From Proteromonas lacertae (lineage: Eukaryota): 64,000 nucleotides of DNA. The stretch is from contig NGBS01000306.1 in NCBI GenBank assembly GCA_002245135.1, positions 1 to 64,000 of the forward strand, written 5' to 3'. The translations under genes and the position numbers were made by a program. The notes below the pieces were generated by a model. It searched no databases. It was not told where the DNA came from and saw only the letters and a list, made by a program, of their open reading frames with translations. This document shows, one piece after another, positions 10,578 to 24,124 of this stretch; the stretch's first letter is position 1, and every line of letters begins with the position of its first letter.

Positions 10578-11461
10578 ATGCTGTCAGCATTATTTAAGCA
10601 TAATATTAGGAGAATTGCATATGCTGTACCAAGAACATCTCTAAATTTCGAAAAAGAAGTTGTTGGTGAACTTAAAACCTTCGATTATTCTATTTATATA
10701 AAAAGAGATCAGAAATGTATTTCTTTTTGGCATGTATGTCAATTTTTGTTATTTATCATAGGATATTGCGTTGAATAAAACAATTTTTGATCAAATTGAT
10801 AAAGTACAGCCATTTGTATGTGAAATTCCAAGAGGGTATTGATCATATTGTAATAATATAAAAATAGAGTATTAGCAAAATATGAAATCAATAAAAAAGA
10901 AAAATCAAACCCAATAAAACAAGATATAAAACATGAAAAACTACGATACTATCCATTTGCAGGTCACACACACTATGGAGCAATGCCACAAACATTCGAA
11001 TCAGATCAATCGCATTATAAGAATTATAAAGGAGACAAAGATCCATTAGATATTCTTGATTTTAGTAAAACTGAAGCAAAAGTTGGAGATGTTTATAATG
11101 TGAAAATATTAGGAGCATTACCCTTTGTTGATGATAATGAAATGGATTGGAAACTATTAGCTTACAGAGATAGTGAAGCTGAAGAAAAAGGTATTAGAGA
11201 TTTACAGGATTTTATGGCATGTGAGCCTAATGCTATTCCAGAAGTAATAAAGTGGTTTAAGACTTATAAAATTGCTGATAAAAAGGCTCAGAAGTTCTTA
11301 AATGATGAAAAAGTATGTTCTTTTAATTATATAATTCTAATCATGTTTTTTTATAGCCAATTGATTTAGGTCAAACATTAGCTTTGTTAGAACAATTTCA
11401 TGGATGTTGGAAGTTATTAGAATTTGAAAATCCTGAAGGTTATTGGTTAAATGTAGAATAA
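10578..11461 (+). CDS. PPA: Family I soluble inorganic pyrophosphatase with a possible mitochondrial/MRO presequence
   Basis: ISFWHD, CEIPRG..AKYEI, NPIKQD, HYGAMPQTFE, GDKDPLD, DDNEMDWK, WFKTYK; three short introns; N-terminus MLSALFKHNIRR. Confidence 0.9.
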
Positions 11462-11611
11462 TTTCTCTTTTGTTTATGATATTATAATGATGTTTTGTAG
11501 TTGGTGTAATTGGGCATATATTAAAATGAAAATAACTAAATTTATTCTAACAAATAATTGATTAATGAGATAAACAATAAACAAAAATAAATTCGTTTCT
11601 TTTTTTAAAAA

Positions 11612-12100
11612 ATGCAAAAGTTCGGTTCAGGAGGAAGCAATAAATCTAAAGACCTGCTATACATTTTAGACTGTCAAAAGTATTTTTTTGGAGCATTTTA
11701 TGATAATAGTGAAATTGATGAAGCAATAAATATATTAGATCAAAGGATTTATTACTTAGAAACGCTCTATTTAGAGGAAACCAATACAGTAGGCAATATA
11801 ATAAAGGGATGGGATTTGCTGATGGATAAATACCCAAAAGCGTATTTTTTTGTCTTTTACTGTATATATTAGAGCACCTACATCCAAAAAAGGAATACAA
11901 GGTGATGAAAGAATATTTTCTGGCACATCTAGTTATTATAATGACTTAGATGGAGATGAAAAATCACAAAACTAGTATATATTGTTGATTAATATTATAG
12001 TAATGATTATGAAACACAATCTGCACAAGTCAGAAAGAGAAAACGAAAGCGAGAATCACGATTTGATGATGATGATGACGAGGATGTCGATTGTTATTAA
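11612..12100 (+). CDS. EAF6: NuA4 histone acetyltransferase subunit Eaf6
   Basis: LDQRIYYLETLYLEET..GNIIKGWD and DERIFSGTS motifs; short introns. Confidence 0.8.
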
Positions 12101-12251
12101 ACTATATGTCTGTTTATGTATTTATACAACTGTTTTTGTTAGTATAAATGGCTTTACTTCGATTAAATAATCAAATGCAATCTCAAGCTTTTTTCAAATC
12201 GTTTTTCTTTTTTTCAATTTTTTTAAGTTCTATACTATAGATCTTGATGTT

Positions 12252-15008
12252 ATGGATAGTGAATCAAAACCAACTGTAGATTTTAGTAGTTATCCATTAC
12301 TTAAACTACCTGAATTACCATTAGTTGAGAAACCTGCTCTTATAAAATGTTATCAAGTATAATATTTATAATAAAACAATCTTAGGATCTTATTGAACTG
12401 CATAAAATATTAGAAGATGAGTTTACAAAGAACATGAAAACAAATCCTAATCCACCAGTATTATATTCATATGTAAAGAAGCAAATGATTGCTATGATAG
12501 AAGAGTTTATAAAAAGAGATATGTCAATACCTAAACCAAAACCAAAAGAAGTTGAACCAATTGAATCTATATCTACACAAGAATCAATTACTTCACAACA
12601 ATTATCACAATCTACAAACCAATCACAAATCAAACCACAGCCTCAACAGCAACCTCCTTCTCAATTTCAACCACAAAAACCACCTCAACAATCATCTCCT
12701 CAAAAACAATCACAAAAACAACAGACAATAAGTCAATTATCAGATGATGATGACGACGATAATAATGATGATGACGATGACAGTGATGATTCCTATGATA
12801 CTGTGGATTCAGATACACCATCATCAGTCTCAAACTCAAAGAGAAGAAAAAGTGATAAGAAAGTTCATTGGTCATACAGACAGAAAGTATAATATAAATA
12901 TATTGATTTTATATATTATTGTTATAGAAACATACTTATGTAACATGGGGGTCTGAATTTGTAATATCAGGAGTAAAGACTCATTCAAAAAGGAAGAATG
13001 TAAATTATGAAAAAATAGCAAGAGAAAAGAAATTGAAAGAAGAAGAAGAAAGAAAAAGAAAAGAAAGAGAAGAGAATTTAAGAAGATTAAAGGAAAGAGA
13101 AGAACAAAGAAAACGTATTTATTTATTTATGTATTATTGTTATTATTATATAGAAAGAGAATTAGAAAGACAGAGATTAGAAGAAGCAAGATTAGCTGCA
13201 GCTGCAAGAAAAGCTAAAAAAGAGAATAAAATAAAAGCCAAAAAAGAAGAGAAAGAACAAACACCTACAAAATCTGAGCTTGTTGTTTCTCATTCTCCAA
13301 TTGAAATTGAACCAGAACCAATCAAAATAGAAACAACAACTCCAACGCCTCAAGAGGTTGAACCATTACCAGCACCACATTATAGTCCAATTAATACACC
13401 ACAACCAGTAGAAAGAAAGGTTCAAACATCATTGAATATATATAGAGGTCCAGCTTGTCTATATTCAGATAGTAGTGACTCAGAAAAAGAACTAGAAAAT
13501 CAACAACAAGCAATGAATAATAGTAAATCAATGCCAATATTAATATATCAGAAAACACCAAGAGAATCAGGTTTTTATTCAAAAGAAAATGATGAAATAA
13601 AGAATAATGATATTAATGAGAATAATTCTAATGTAATTAGAATAGAATCAACTTCTCCAAGACCAAAAACATCTCCAAATAGTACAATTAAAACTGAAAC
13701 AAAGAAATCAAGACCACAATCATCTATATTAGAATCATCCTTACATAATCAAAATAAAGAAAAAGAAATAAATTATAATGTTGATATTGATAATAATAAT
13801 AATAATAGTATTATTAAATCAAATGTAAATATAAGTCCAGTAAGACTATCTACCACTCATGATGATGATAAATTAAAAGGAAAAGAAAATAGTGATGAAG
13901 AAATGAACAGTATAATTCAGAAAAGTCCAATAATTGAACCTGAAATGATGAATGATTTACAAGATGATTATATAGAATCAGAGATTAATGAAAAACCAAA
14001 TATCAATAATAATAATAATAATAATAATAATGAATCAGTACTTCATCTTCCTCCCCTTTCTTTGAATAGTTCTACTTCCAATTTTAATTCAACTACCAAA
14101 TCATCTAAAAAATCACCTTTACTTTCATCAAAATCTTCTCATTCTAATGATAATGATATTAATAACACTTCATTATCATCTGTAACTAAACTTCCATCAA
14201 TATCTCCTTCAACTAATAATAATAATAATAATAATAATATAATTACAATTCGTCCAAAATCTAAATCGCAGAAAAGATTTATATCATTATTAGATGATGA
14301 AGAATTAGTATATATTTTATATTTAAATAAATATATATATATATATTCAAATAGAATGATGAAGTATTTTTCAAATCAGTATATAAGTTACTACCTCGTT
14401 ATGAAATAACAGATTATACTAACAATTATAGATGTTTGTCAGAAATATTTACTTTATATTGGAATGAAAAATCGTATATATAAATAAATAATGATTTAAT
14501 AGAGCTTGGTCAAGTGTAAGATCAGAAGAATGTTGTTTATATTTCAATACAATTTATAAGAAATGGTGTAATATACTCTCAGAATATGAATGTTCAACAA
14601 CTCTAGATGAAGATGAAAGAGCAGAAACATTGATAGAAATAAACAACAGTTTATATTATAAAGTCATCAAGAATCGTGAAGAAGTATATACAATAATCAA
14701 AGATGCGCTTGATCCAATAGAAAAATGGAAAGAATTACCACATTGTATTATTATTAATATTATTCTCCATTTTATTAAAATAGCTTTGGGATTAAAGAAT
14801 ACTTGGAATCTATTATGGACTTGGAGTCAACCAAAGATTGATTATGATACTTTATTATCATTTCAAAAAGTAAATCATTTTAGAAATGCAAGAGTTATTA
14901 CTAGAAAGGATAATTTAAAGAAGAGTATTGATAGATATGGTAAATTAGGTAGTAAATATGCTGAGTTCTTTGATATTATGCCTGCCACATTTATATTACC
15001 AGAGTATA

Positions 15009-15047
<39 letters not shown>

Positions 15048-16152
15048 TGTATAGTGATTATCCAATATTTTTAGAAGCATTTCAATTAGGTAATAAAATA
15101 AATAAGTCACTGAATCTGTGGATAATGAAACCTTGTGGTCTATCAAGAGGAAGAGGAATTGAAATGATTTCTGATTTAAATGATATATCTTTTACATATA
15201 TATATAAATTCTGACTTTTTTTTTAATCATTCCTTAATATTATATAAATAACTTATCAAACCTCAGCAATAATGCAAGAATATATATCACATCCATTATT
15301 ATTAAACGGATATAAATTTGATTTGAGATTATACATTCTAGTTACCTCATTCCAACCGTTAGAAGTATTTATCTATGATGAAGGTTTTGCAAGATTAACA
15401 ACTCAGAAATATAGTATAGATCCAGATGATGTAAAGAACAAATTAATTCATTTAACCAACAGTTCAATTCAGATGTTGTATAAAGATGATATGAAATACA
15501 ATTCAGCTGTTAGTCATGCAACAAATAGTGAAGGAGGCGGTACAAAAATTACACTCTCTTATTTAAAAGAATTGTTGAAATCTACAAGTATAAATTTTGA
15601 TAATATTTGGAATGATATAAAGAAGATTGTGTTGAAATCTTTATTAGCAGTTGATGATTTAATTGGATTTCAACCTAATTGTTTTGAGATGTATGGTTAT
15701 GATATATTAATTGATTATAAATATAAACCATGGTTAATTGAAGTATATTTTCTAATTAATTCATTTTCTTTCATAAATAGATAAATGCATCACCATCTAT
15801 GGGCAGAGAAACTCCAATGGATGTAAAAGTCAAGACTCAATTAATACAAGATATCATTAATTTAGTTGATCCAGTTGAATTTGATAGAATATCCCTTCAA
15901 GAGTTGCTATTAAAGCTAAGAAGTGAATGTGAAGAACATAGACTGAGACCTTATAAAATGAAACAAGATCCTGATGTTACAAATATTAATTTATATTTAA
16001 GTCAAATTTTCAAAGGTAGACCGTTAAGAAAGTATGGTGAAATACCTAAAAATATTGGTAGCTTTGAAAGATTATACCCTGGAACAAGTTTAGGTGATGA
16101 AATCCAGAAGGTTGTTCAAGCTGCTCAGAAAATAGTTAAAAAGCGATATTAA
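12252..16152 (+). CDS. TTLL: Tubulin-tyrosine ligase-like (polyglutamylase) protein with a long low-complexity N-terminus
   Basis: Exons join in frame from ATG 12252; WNLLWTW, KVNHF..ITRKDNL, WIMKPCGLSRGRGI, QEYISHPLLLNGYKFDLRLY, HLTNSS, FEMYGYDILID..KPWLIE|INASPS. Confidence 0.88.
15185..15247 (+). other. Probable U12-type (minor spliceosome) intron with AT 5' end
   Basis: Begins ATATCTTTT, contains branch-like TTCCTTAAT (15230-15238) and an in-frame TGA; no GT donor or AG acceptor is available. Removal gives LNDITYQTSAIMQEY. Confidence 0.7.
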
Positions 16153-16318
16153 TATATATTTAATTATTGTGTAAGTGTTTTGTTGACTTAGAAAAGCAAA
16201 TGAGATAAAATGAGTAAAATCATGATTAAGAATGAACAATATCTCTAAAATAGAATAATAAAAACCGCAAATAATCAAAAATTTAATAAAATATAGAATT
16301 ATTATTACTATTAATTAA

Positions 16319-17229
16319 TTAATACTTTCTAGCTCCAGGTTCAGACATTATACCACACTTATCAATAATAACCTCTTCAATAGGCCTTTCATTCTTACAC
16401 TCCATCTTCTCTATTTGATAAACTATATCCATTCCCTCAACAACTCTTCCAAACAACACTCTCTGCTTATCTAACCAAGGTAAAGGATTAACAGTAATAT
16501 AAAATTGTGAATTATTGGTATGTGGTCTCATAGCTTCAGACATACCAATTAATCCAGCTACATCGTGTTGTAACTTCAAATTCTCATCATCAAAGTATTG
16601 ACCATATATTGAACATCCTTTATCACCACTTCCTCCATATACATCACCTCCTTGAATCCATCCATTTGGAACTACACGGTGTATTGGTGTATTTTGATAA
16701 CATATTATTCTATCCTCTGAATCCTTTGCTTCGCCTGAACATAACGCTCTGAAGTTTTCACATGTTTTTGGACATTTATCTTCCCATAATTCAAAGATTA
16801 CTCGTCCTAAGTCTTTATCTCCACATTTAAATTCAAAATAAGTGTAACTATATATTTGATCTTCCATCCATTTAATTTGAGATTCTTTAGCTTCTTGACT
16901 ACATTTCACAGCATCTGGTTTATAATTATTTTGATAGTTTTCAAAAGCCCATTGCATAAAGTCGGGTACATAATGAATTCCGTTATAAAATACTATTGTA
17001 TCAGCATCATCTGGCACTTTTTTAGGAAATCTCTCTTGACAATGTTTCCTATACACTCTCCAATCTGTTTCCATAAATTCTTTAGTTTCATATGTTACTG
17101 ATTTAAAGTTCTTTGCAATATTCTAAATATAAGTAATTTCTTATAGTATACCTCTAAAACATGTAGATACATATAGAACTCAGGTTGGGCTAAAATACCA
17201 TTTAAACTGACATGAATTTTTGAACTCAT
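16319..17229 (-). CDS. PPIL6: Cyclophilin-type PPIase, PPIL6-like
   Basis: N-terminal extension (VSLNGILAQPEFY...DFMQWA) typical of PPIL6, plus cyclophilin core CPKTCENFRALC, IHRVVPNGWIQGGD, NNSQFYIT, FGRVVEG; one intron near the 5' end. Confidence 0.85.
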
Positions 17230-17341
17230 TATGTCTTAAATCAGAAAAACAGTTTTGAAATAAAACGAATTCAAACCAAAAGCTTGAAATTCTCTTTTTT
17301 TGAATTTCATTTTTCTACTTAACAAAGAATAAAAATTCAAA

Positions 17342-17917
17342 ATGAGCAGTTTTGAAAAGTGTGAAAAGGAGGGACATCCTATTTTTTCATATGATAAAGA
17401 TTCTAATAAACAGTTTTGGATGATAACTGCTCCTCCAGATGTATTCCCATATTAATAAATCTAATTTATTGATGTATAGTGTGATTTATCACAATTGAAT
17501 AGTGTAAAGATCGATTTTGATACTAAAGATCCACTAATGGGTATTACAATGAATATAATTATTAGTAATTGGAAAATTTAAGATTGGAGATAAGAAATAT
17601 TGTATAAAAGAGAATAAACAAGTAAATTCAAATCAATTTTTAACTCTCTTACCCAAAAAGAAACATTTAAAAATATGTATTCTATTTTAAAATGTAATTC
17701 ATATACATTATAGCAAAACAATTTGTAAGAAATTTAATTATATCAGAAGAATTTTCATTTGATAAGGAAATACCATTAAATACATTTTTCCCAAAAGAGA
17801 TAGTACCTCCACCACAAAGAAAAGGATTAAAGATCCAAGTTAGACCATCCGGTTACGTTCCTGTTGAAAAGAAACGAAGTATACTTATTGATATTCAATT
17901 TAATAGAAACTAAGTAA
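17342..17917 (+). CDS. RPA34: RNA polymerase I subunit RPA34.5-like
   Basis: Spliced product has FWMITAPPD|CDLSQLN and C-terminal PQRKGLKIQVRPSGY, resembling RPA34 motifs; four short introns. Not in the ORF track. Confidence 0.65.
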
Positions 17918-18091
17918 TTTATATCATTTTTTCTTTGCTTTAATATTTTCTTGTTTGTATTTGTAGTTGTTTTATGATGATATGGGATTGATAAGTAATG
18001 TTAATCAATCAAAAAGTGTGATTGAATGAAAATTATAAGCTTGGCTTGATATTCATTTTCTTAATTTTGCATTGTTTTGCAGTATTAGAGG

Positions 18092-21000
18092 ATGAAAACA
18101 GTCCCATTGATATTACTTTTACTATTTGTTGCTAATCTTTGTTTGTGTCAAGAATATATGAATGGGGAAGAGGAAGAAGAACAAGTATTTCATAATTTCT
18201 GTATATGTTTATAGCAAGAAGGGAAAGAAAAGATGTATGATTTAGGTCATATAAGATATGTATTATTATTTTGTTTAATATATGTAGATTGGTAAAATTC
18301 TTCATTGTCCAGCCCAAGTTTATGAAGGATTTTTCATGGTCATCCCACTCTATCGAGAATTTAGTATGGAAGATGATTGGAATAGTCTTATGTCTTGTAT
18401 GCACTTAATGGTTTCAAGAAACAATAATAAAGCTCCATTAGAATTATGGTATGTTTTAACAGAGGCAGAAAAGCAATTTGTATTACACAGTACAGAGGAA
18501 GGTGCAGATCCAAATCATTTCCTTGAAGATATCTCCAAATTACCATATTTACCTTACTTCAATAAAGAATGGTACTTCTTAGGTCCATATCCAATTGGTA
18601 AAGGTGAATATGATAGTGATCCAGCCAATATGCCAAGAGATTATTCTCATTTATTCCCAGTGTTTGAGTATGTATATCCATCAGAATTATCACCAAATGG
18701 AACAATCAAATGGACTAGAGTCTTTCCTAGATGAGAGTAAAGGATATATTCATATTCAACCTGAAGTTAATTGGAATTCATTAATTCAAAGTTTGAGTAG
18801 TGTTGAAATATTAGAATTTCAAGGATGGTTGTATACTGAATTATTTGTTCCAAAAAATATTACCGTTTTGATGTCTTGTGATGGTGTAAATACATTTTAT
18901 ATTAATAATAACAGTTATGTAGGTAATATACATCAAAATAATATAATAAAGTATATTTATCCAATATTAATAATGATTATTTTAATTGTATAATAGAAAT
19001 CGTGTTGAATTAACTGAAGGTATTTACAGTCTAAGACTTCATATAAAAGCAAAACAATCAGCTGATGTAAGATGTAAAATTGAAGAATTATCAATTCATA
19101 ATAGATTTGCAGTTCAAAAGAATGTAATAATACCAGATACAATAGATAATATATTATTAGGAGAATATATAGGAATAACTATCACCAATAACCATCATAA
19201 TCCTGCAGTTATTATTCCAACAGTATATATATATTATAATTTTTTATATTTTATATAGTTAATTCCTGTTGATAAGTCAATTCATGAGAATGTAACACTT
19301 GAATCATTATTTCCTAATATTTCACCAGGACAAACAACATTATTACCATTAAAAATACCAGATACAGATACAAGGACATTACCAACATTGAAATATACAT
19401 TAGAAATAGAAATGAAATATAATCCATTGAAACAATATATTCCAATAGAATTCAGACGAAGATATAGAGCTCAATCAGTAGTTATTACATTCTTAGATCA
19501 TGATAATTCAGTTACTAAAGCAGGTGTAATATTTCCATTAGATGCACAGAAGGAGAAGAAGCCAATGCCAATATTAGTATCTTTACATGGAACTGGAGTT
19601 GAACCAAGTAATCAAGTATAAATAAATTTATTATTATTATTATTATTATTATTTGTATAGGCAGATAGTTATAAATATATGGTTAAGAATACGCCTCCTT
19701 ATATCTTTGGTGTTTCTCATTATTATGTCTTAACTCCCGATAGATTTGGAGCTCATAACTGGGAATATACAGGTCATTGGAGTGTTATGAGAGCAATTGA
19801 AGTATTGAATGAAATGACAAAGAATTTGTTACATTATAAATTTGGATTACCTGAAGCTGATGTTCAACATATATTATACACTGGTCATTCTGTATAATTA
19901 TTATATTTATAAAATTTACTTCTTCTTTTTTATTATTATTAGATGGGAGGACATGGCGCTTGGGTATTAGGAACCTTAAAACCTGATAGATGTATTGCCT
20001 TAATACCACTCTCAGGATGGATAAGAAAAGAAGATTATGGTGATAGTAATACATTCTTCAAATTCGATACAATGTCTTCCTTTACTGAACCATATTTGAA
20101 ATATCTATTAGAATCCTCTGTTAGTGAATATAATACTGATATGTTTATTAGCAATTTGAGAGGTATTCAAGTACATACAAGAACAGGAAGTGATGATAGA
20201 ACAGTTCCACCATTTTATACAATCAAAATGAATAGAATATTGAGAGAAAATAATATTAAATATACAAGTGAAATTGTTCAAGGGAAAGAACACTGGTGGT
20301 GGGATAGTATAAGATCGAATGATGGAGGTGTAGTAAATGATGAAAAAATGAGACAATTGTATAAGAAAATCTATTTTAATAACTTTAAAAAACCAAGAGG
20401 TGATTTACCCAAAAGATTTCAATTGACTGTTATAAATCCAGCTAATCATGAAGGCAAATTTGGTATTAGAATATTGCAGTTGATTAAACCATCCATATTA
20501 GGTAAAATAATAGTATCTCCAACTAAAACACTATGGAAAATAAAGACCATTAATGTTCAAATGTTTAGAATCAATCCAGTGTTTATGAAAATGGTTAATA
20601 ATTCATTACCCTCGGTAATAGTAGATGGAATGAAGTTTAATAATGGAATATATACATCTTATGTAGTAAGACAATGTACAAAATCAACTAAACAACAACA
20701 ACAACAACAAAATTGTAATTGGAAATTAGAAAAAATCCCAAAATATAATATAGTAAAGACAATATTGCCAACAGTAAGTGATATTTTACCATATCCACGA
20801 AGATCTCCATCCACTTATGGTCCAATTAGACAAATCTATCAAAAACCGTTCTTAGTTATTATTGGTTCAAATTGTACAAAAGAATATTATCAAAGATTAA
20901 GAGAATTTGCTTTATTCTTTATTAATACTCATTATATAGCAACCAATACGTTTATACCTATGTTTTCTGATTTGGATGAAATTCCTATTGAAATGATGTT

Positions 21001-21484
21001 ATCTTATAATATTGTATTAATTGGAAAACCTGTTGTGAATCGATATACAAAGATAATATTTGAGTTATTGAATGAACAAACACAATATCCATTTATTTTG
21101 AAAGATAATGGAGATATTCAATTCCAAAGATGTAAATATAGTAATGGAAATGGATTATCAGCTGTTATGATGTTTCCTATTCCTCCTGATTTCTTAAAGA
21201 ATGAAAATTTGAATTTGAAATATGATGACTTAACTATGCCTAATCAAAATGATAGACTTGGTCTTTATATATATGCTGATGATCATGTTGGATTTAATAA
21301 TTTAGTAAGATTAGCTACACCAACTATACCTCCTATGGTAAGATCTCCATTTAGTAATTATCTGCCTGATTATGTAGTGATTGACTCTAAGTTTAGATCT
21401 TATGGAGTTGGATCGTTTTTAGCGACAGGATATTTTGGAAATGATTGGGAATTTAGAGATGATGTATCATATACAAGATGTTAA
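18092..21484 (+). CDS. Secreted alpha/beta-hydrolase (peptidase S9-like) protein, one apparent +1 indel at about 18727
   Basis: Signal peptide MKTVPLILLLLFVANLCLC; ILVSLHGTGV, nucleophile GHS|MGGHG split by an intron, GSDDRTVP, HWWW; multi-exon. Confidence 0.8.
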
Positions 21485-21650
21485 AATTTAATTTTTCTAT
21501 CTATTTTGCTGAGTCTATATTCTATAAATGTTGGGTATAATTAGCCGCTATAACAAAGCAGAAATTTAAAAAATAAACTTCTAGCTTTCAAACAATAATC
21601 AAACCTACTCCAATTTAGTATTTATTATTTAGATCGACTGTTAAGGAATT

Positions 21651-23031
21651 ATGGACTTTGAAGAAGTAATGTTACCACTCTACCAGTTTAGGATGGAATT
21701 GATGAGAAAATTAAACCCCAATATACCAAATGTTGAAAATGACTTAAGAATAGAGTATTAATTAATTTGATATTGTTTATAGAGATTTTGACGAAGAATT
21801 AGATAATGTATTGATGATTTATATTTGTTAGACTCATGATTCTACAAAACCAGAAATTGATATGATTAAAACAAATGAAAGTATGTTAAACTCCACTAGA
21901 CACAGTAATTATAAAGATATAAAATCTTCAAGAAGTTTTGATAGAGAACCACCTAATATCGATTTTTCAACACTACGAGAGATGAAATCAGAGGATATAG
22001 AACCACCTCCTAATATAGATTTCGATGATTATAAATGTTCTGCTGAGGAAACAGTGACTGCTAGAAGTTCTGATGTATATCCACCAAAAATCGACTTTTC
22101 CACTGTTCAAGGAATGAAATCTGAAGATTCAGAGCCTCCTCCCGTTATTAGTTTTCCATCATATTCTAGTGAAGAATCTGCTCCATTTATACCATTTGAG
22201 AATTATTTAAAATCAAGAAAATCACCTATTCAATCACCGAAAGTATATTAATCTATATATTTATAATTAAGAAATCAAATAAGCCAATTAATATACCTAC
22301 TTACAATAATAATAATAATAATAATGAGAAACCACTACCTATTCATTCACCTAGTCAAAATAAACCTCGTAAATATACATGGGAAGATATGTTGAATCCA
22401 AATAAAGCTGAATTTGAAAGTGAAACTTTATATCGAATAAGAACGAATAGATTGAGAGATTTGATCTATAGAGAAAGAAAAGCATCCCAACCAGTGTATT
22501 ATTAATACTTTTATCATTATTATAAATATAAATAGACTTGAAAAGACCAAAAAACAGATTGAAGAAACAAATAATAGAAAAAAGAAAGAGTATGATGATA
22601 AAGCAAAGTATATATTATATAATGAAATCATTAATTGTAGACTATCTCCCCATAAAACAGAGAAATCAAAATCTCCAGATATTAGAACAAAAAAGCAGAA
22701 GTATAAGAAATATGAATTATAATATAGAAAAATACAAATTCCAACTCTTTCTGGTAAAACAATGAAATTATTTCGAGGATATAAGAAGAAAAAGAAAGAT
22801 GGTGAAGAAGATGAAGATGAAGATGAAAATAACAATGATGATGAAGAAAATAAAGAAAATGAAGAAAATGAAGAAGATAATAAAGATGATAATGATAAAA
22901 AAGACATGAAAATAAGCAAGGAAGACAATATTAATCCTTTACCTCCTATAATCCATTCAGGATTGAAAGGATCGAGAATAAAAATGTCAAAAGTTAAAAT
23001 AAAAGAACCAAATAGGGATAATACCAAATAA
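21651..23031 (+). CDS. Hypothetical multi-exon protein with PP(N/K)IDF repeats and acidic/basic C-terminus
   Basis: ATG 21651; several 24-40 nt GT-AG introns link ORFs 21862-22251 and 22762-23031. Confidence 0.55.
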
Positions 23032-23134
23032 TAAGAATAATTTAATGTGGTTTTGTGTATTTGATATGTTCAATTGTTTTATTTGATAAAAAATAAAAAC
23101 TGAAACGAATATATTTTTGAATTTCATAAAAAGA

Positions 23135-24046
23135 ATGAATTCTTATGCAGATGAGGTTTTGTCTTCAATATTACCTTGTGATGCAGAAGTATTTTTGTTA
23201 ATTTATTTTTTTAGTTAAGAAAAAGAGTAGAAAAGTGTAATACTGAAGTAGATTTAGTAATACAACATTAAAATGATATAAAAATGATAAAAATCCTGAA
23301 TGTTAGTGGAATAAAAGAAAAGATAATATTGAAAATATTAGAAAATAACAGTTTATTAATAGAAATTTCTTTATCATCACTAATTCCAACTCAATTATAT
23401 TTCATCGGGTGTAATACTATAATATTGTATCGATCATATTACTCGAGAGATTTAGAAGAGATAATTCAAAGTCAATCCTTGTCAAGTAATGATATTTGTA
23501 GTATAATGTGTGGTATATGTGATATATTGGTAATATTGAATGAATATAGATTAGTGATAAGCTATTTGAAAAGCAGTAATATAATATATGAAGGAAATAA
23601 TGACATAAAGTTATGTGATTTATTCTTAGATTTAATGAGAAAAGACGAAGATATGAGAGTGTATGGCATTTGCTTCAAAAGTCCTGAAGAGTTGAATGGA
23701 TATGAGTGTAATGAAAGAAGTGTGATTTGGTCAATTGGTTGTATATTATATGAAATGATTTGCAAGAAATTACCATTTAATGAAGATGATGAGAATACTT
23801 ATACCATTAGAAGAGATGAATTTATCAGGAAATGAATTAAATGAAAAAGAATTGAGTTTAATGAAAGCTAATGAAGAAACATTCCATCTTTTAAATGAAT
23901 TATCTATTACAGTGAAAGAGAATATAGATAAAACAGTATTAAAATCATTCTTAGAAACATTTTCTTTTATCAGGAAAATTAAGATATACGGGATAAAGGA
24001 AGAAGAAATGAGAGAACTTTCTAAACAATTCTTTAACATAATATAG
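23135..24046 (+). pseudogene. Degenerate Ser/Thr kinase-like domain fused to an LRR-like remnant
   Basis: YLKSSNII, IKLCDLF, FKSPEE, IWSIGCILYEM..KLPF; HRD and DFG are lost; in-frame TAA at 23269 and a frameshift at about 23800 into LEEMNLSGNEL. Confidence 0.7.
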
Positions 24047-24124
24047 CTAATCTTACTTTATGTTTATTTTTTTCATTCTTTTATAAATAAGTTTGATTCT
24101 TGTTTGAAAAAATCATTTTGAATA

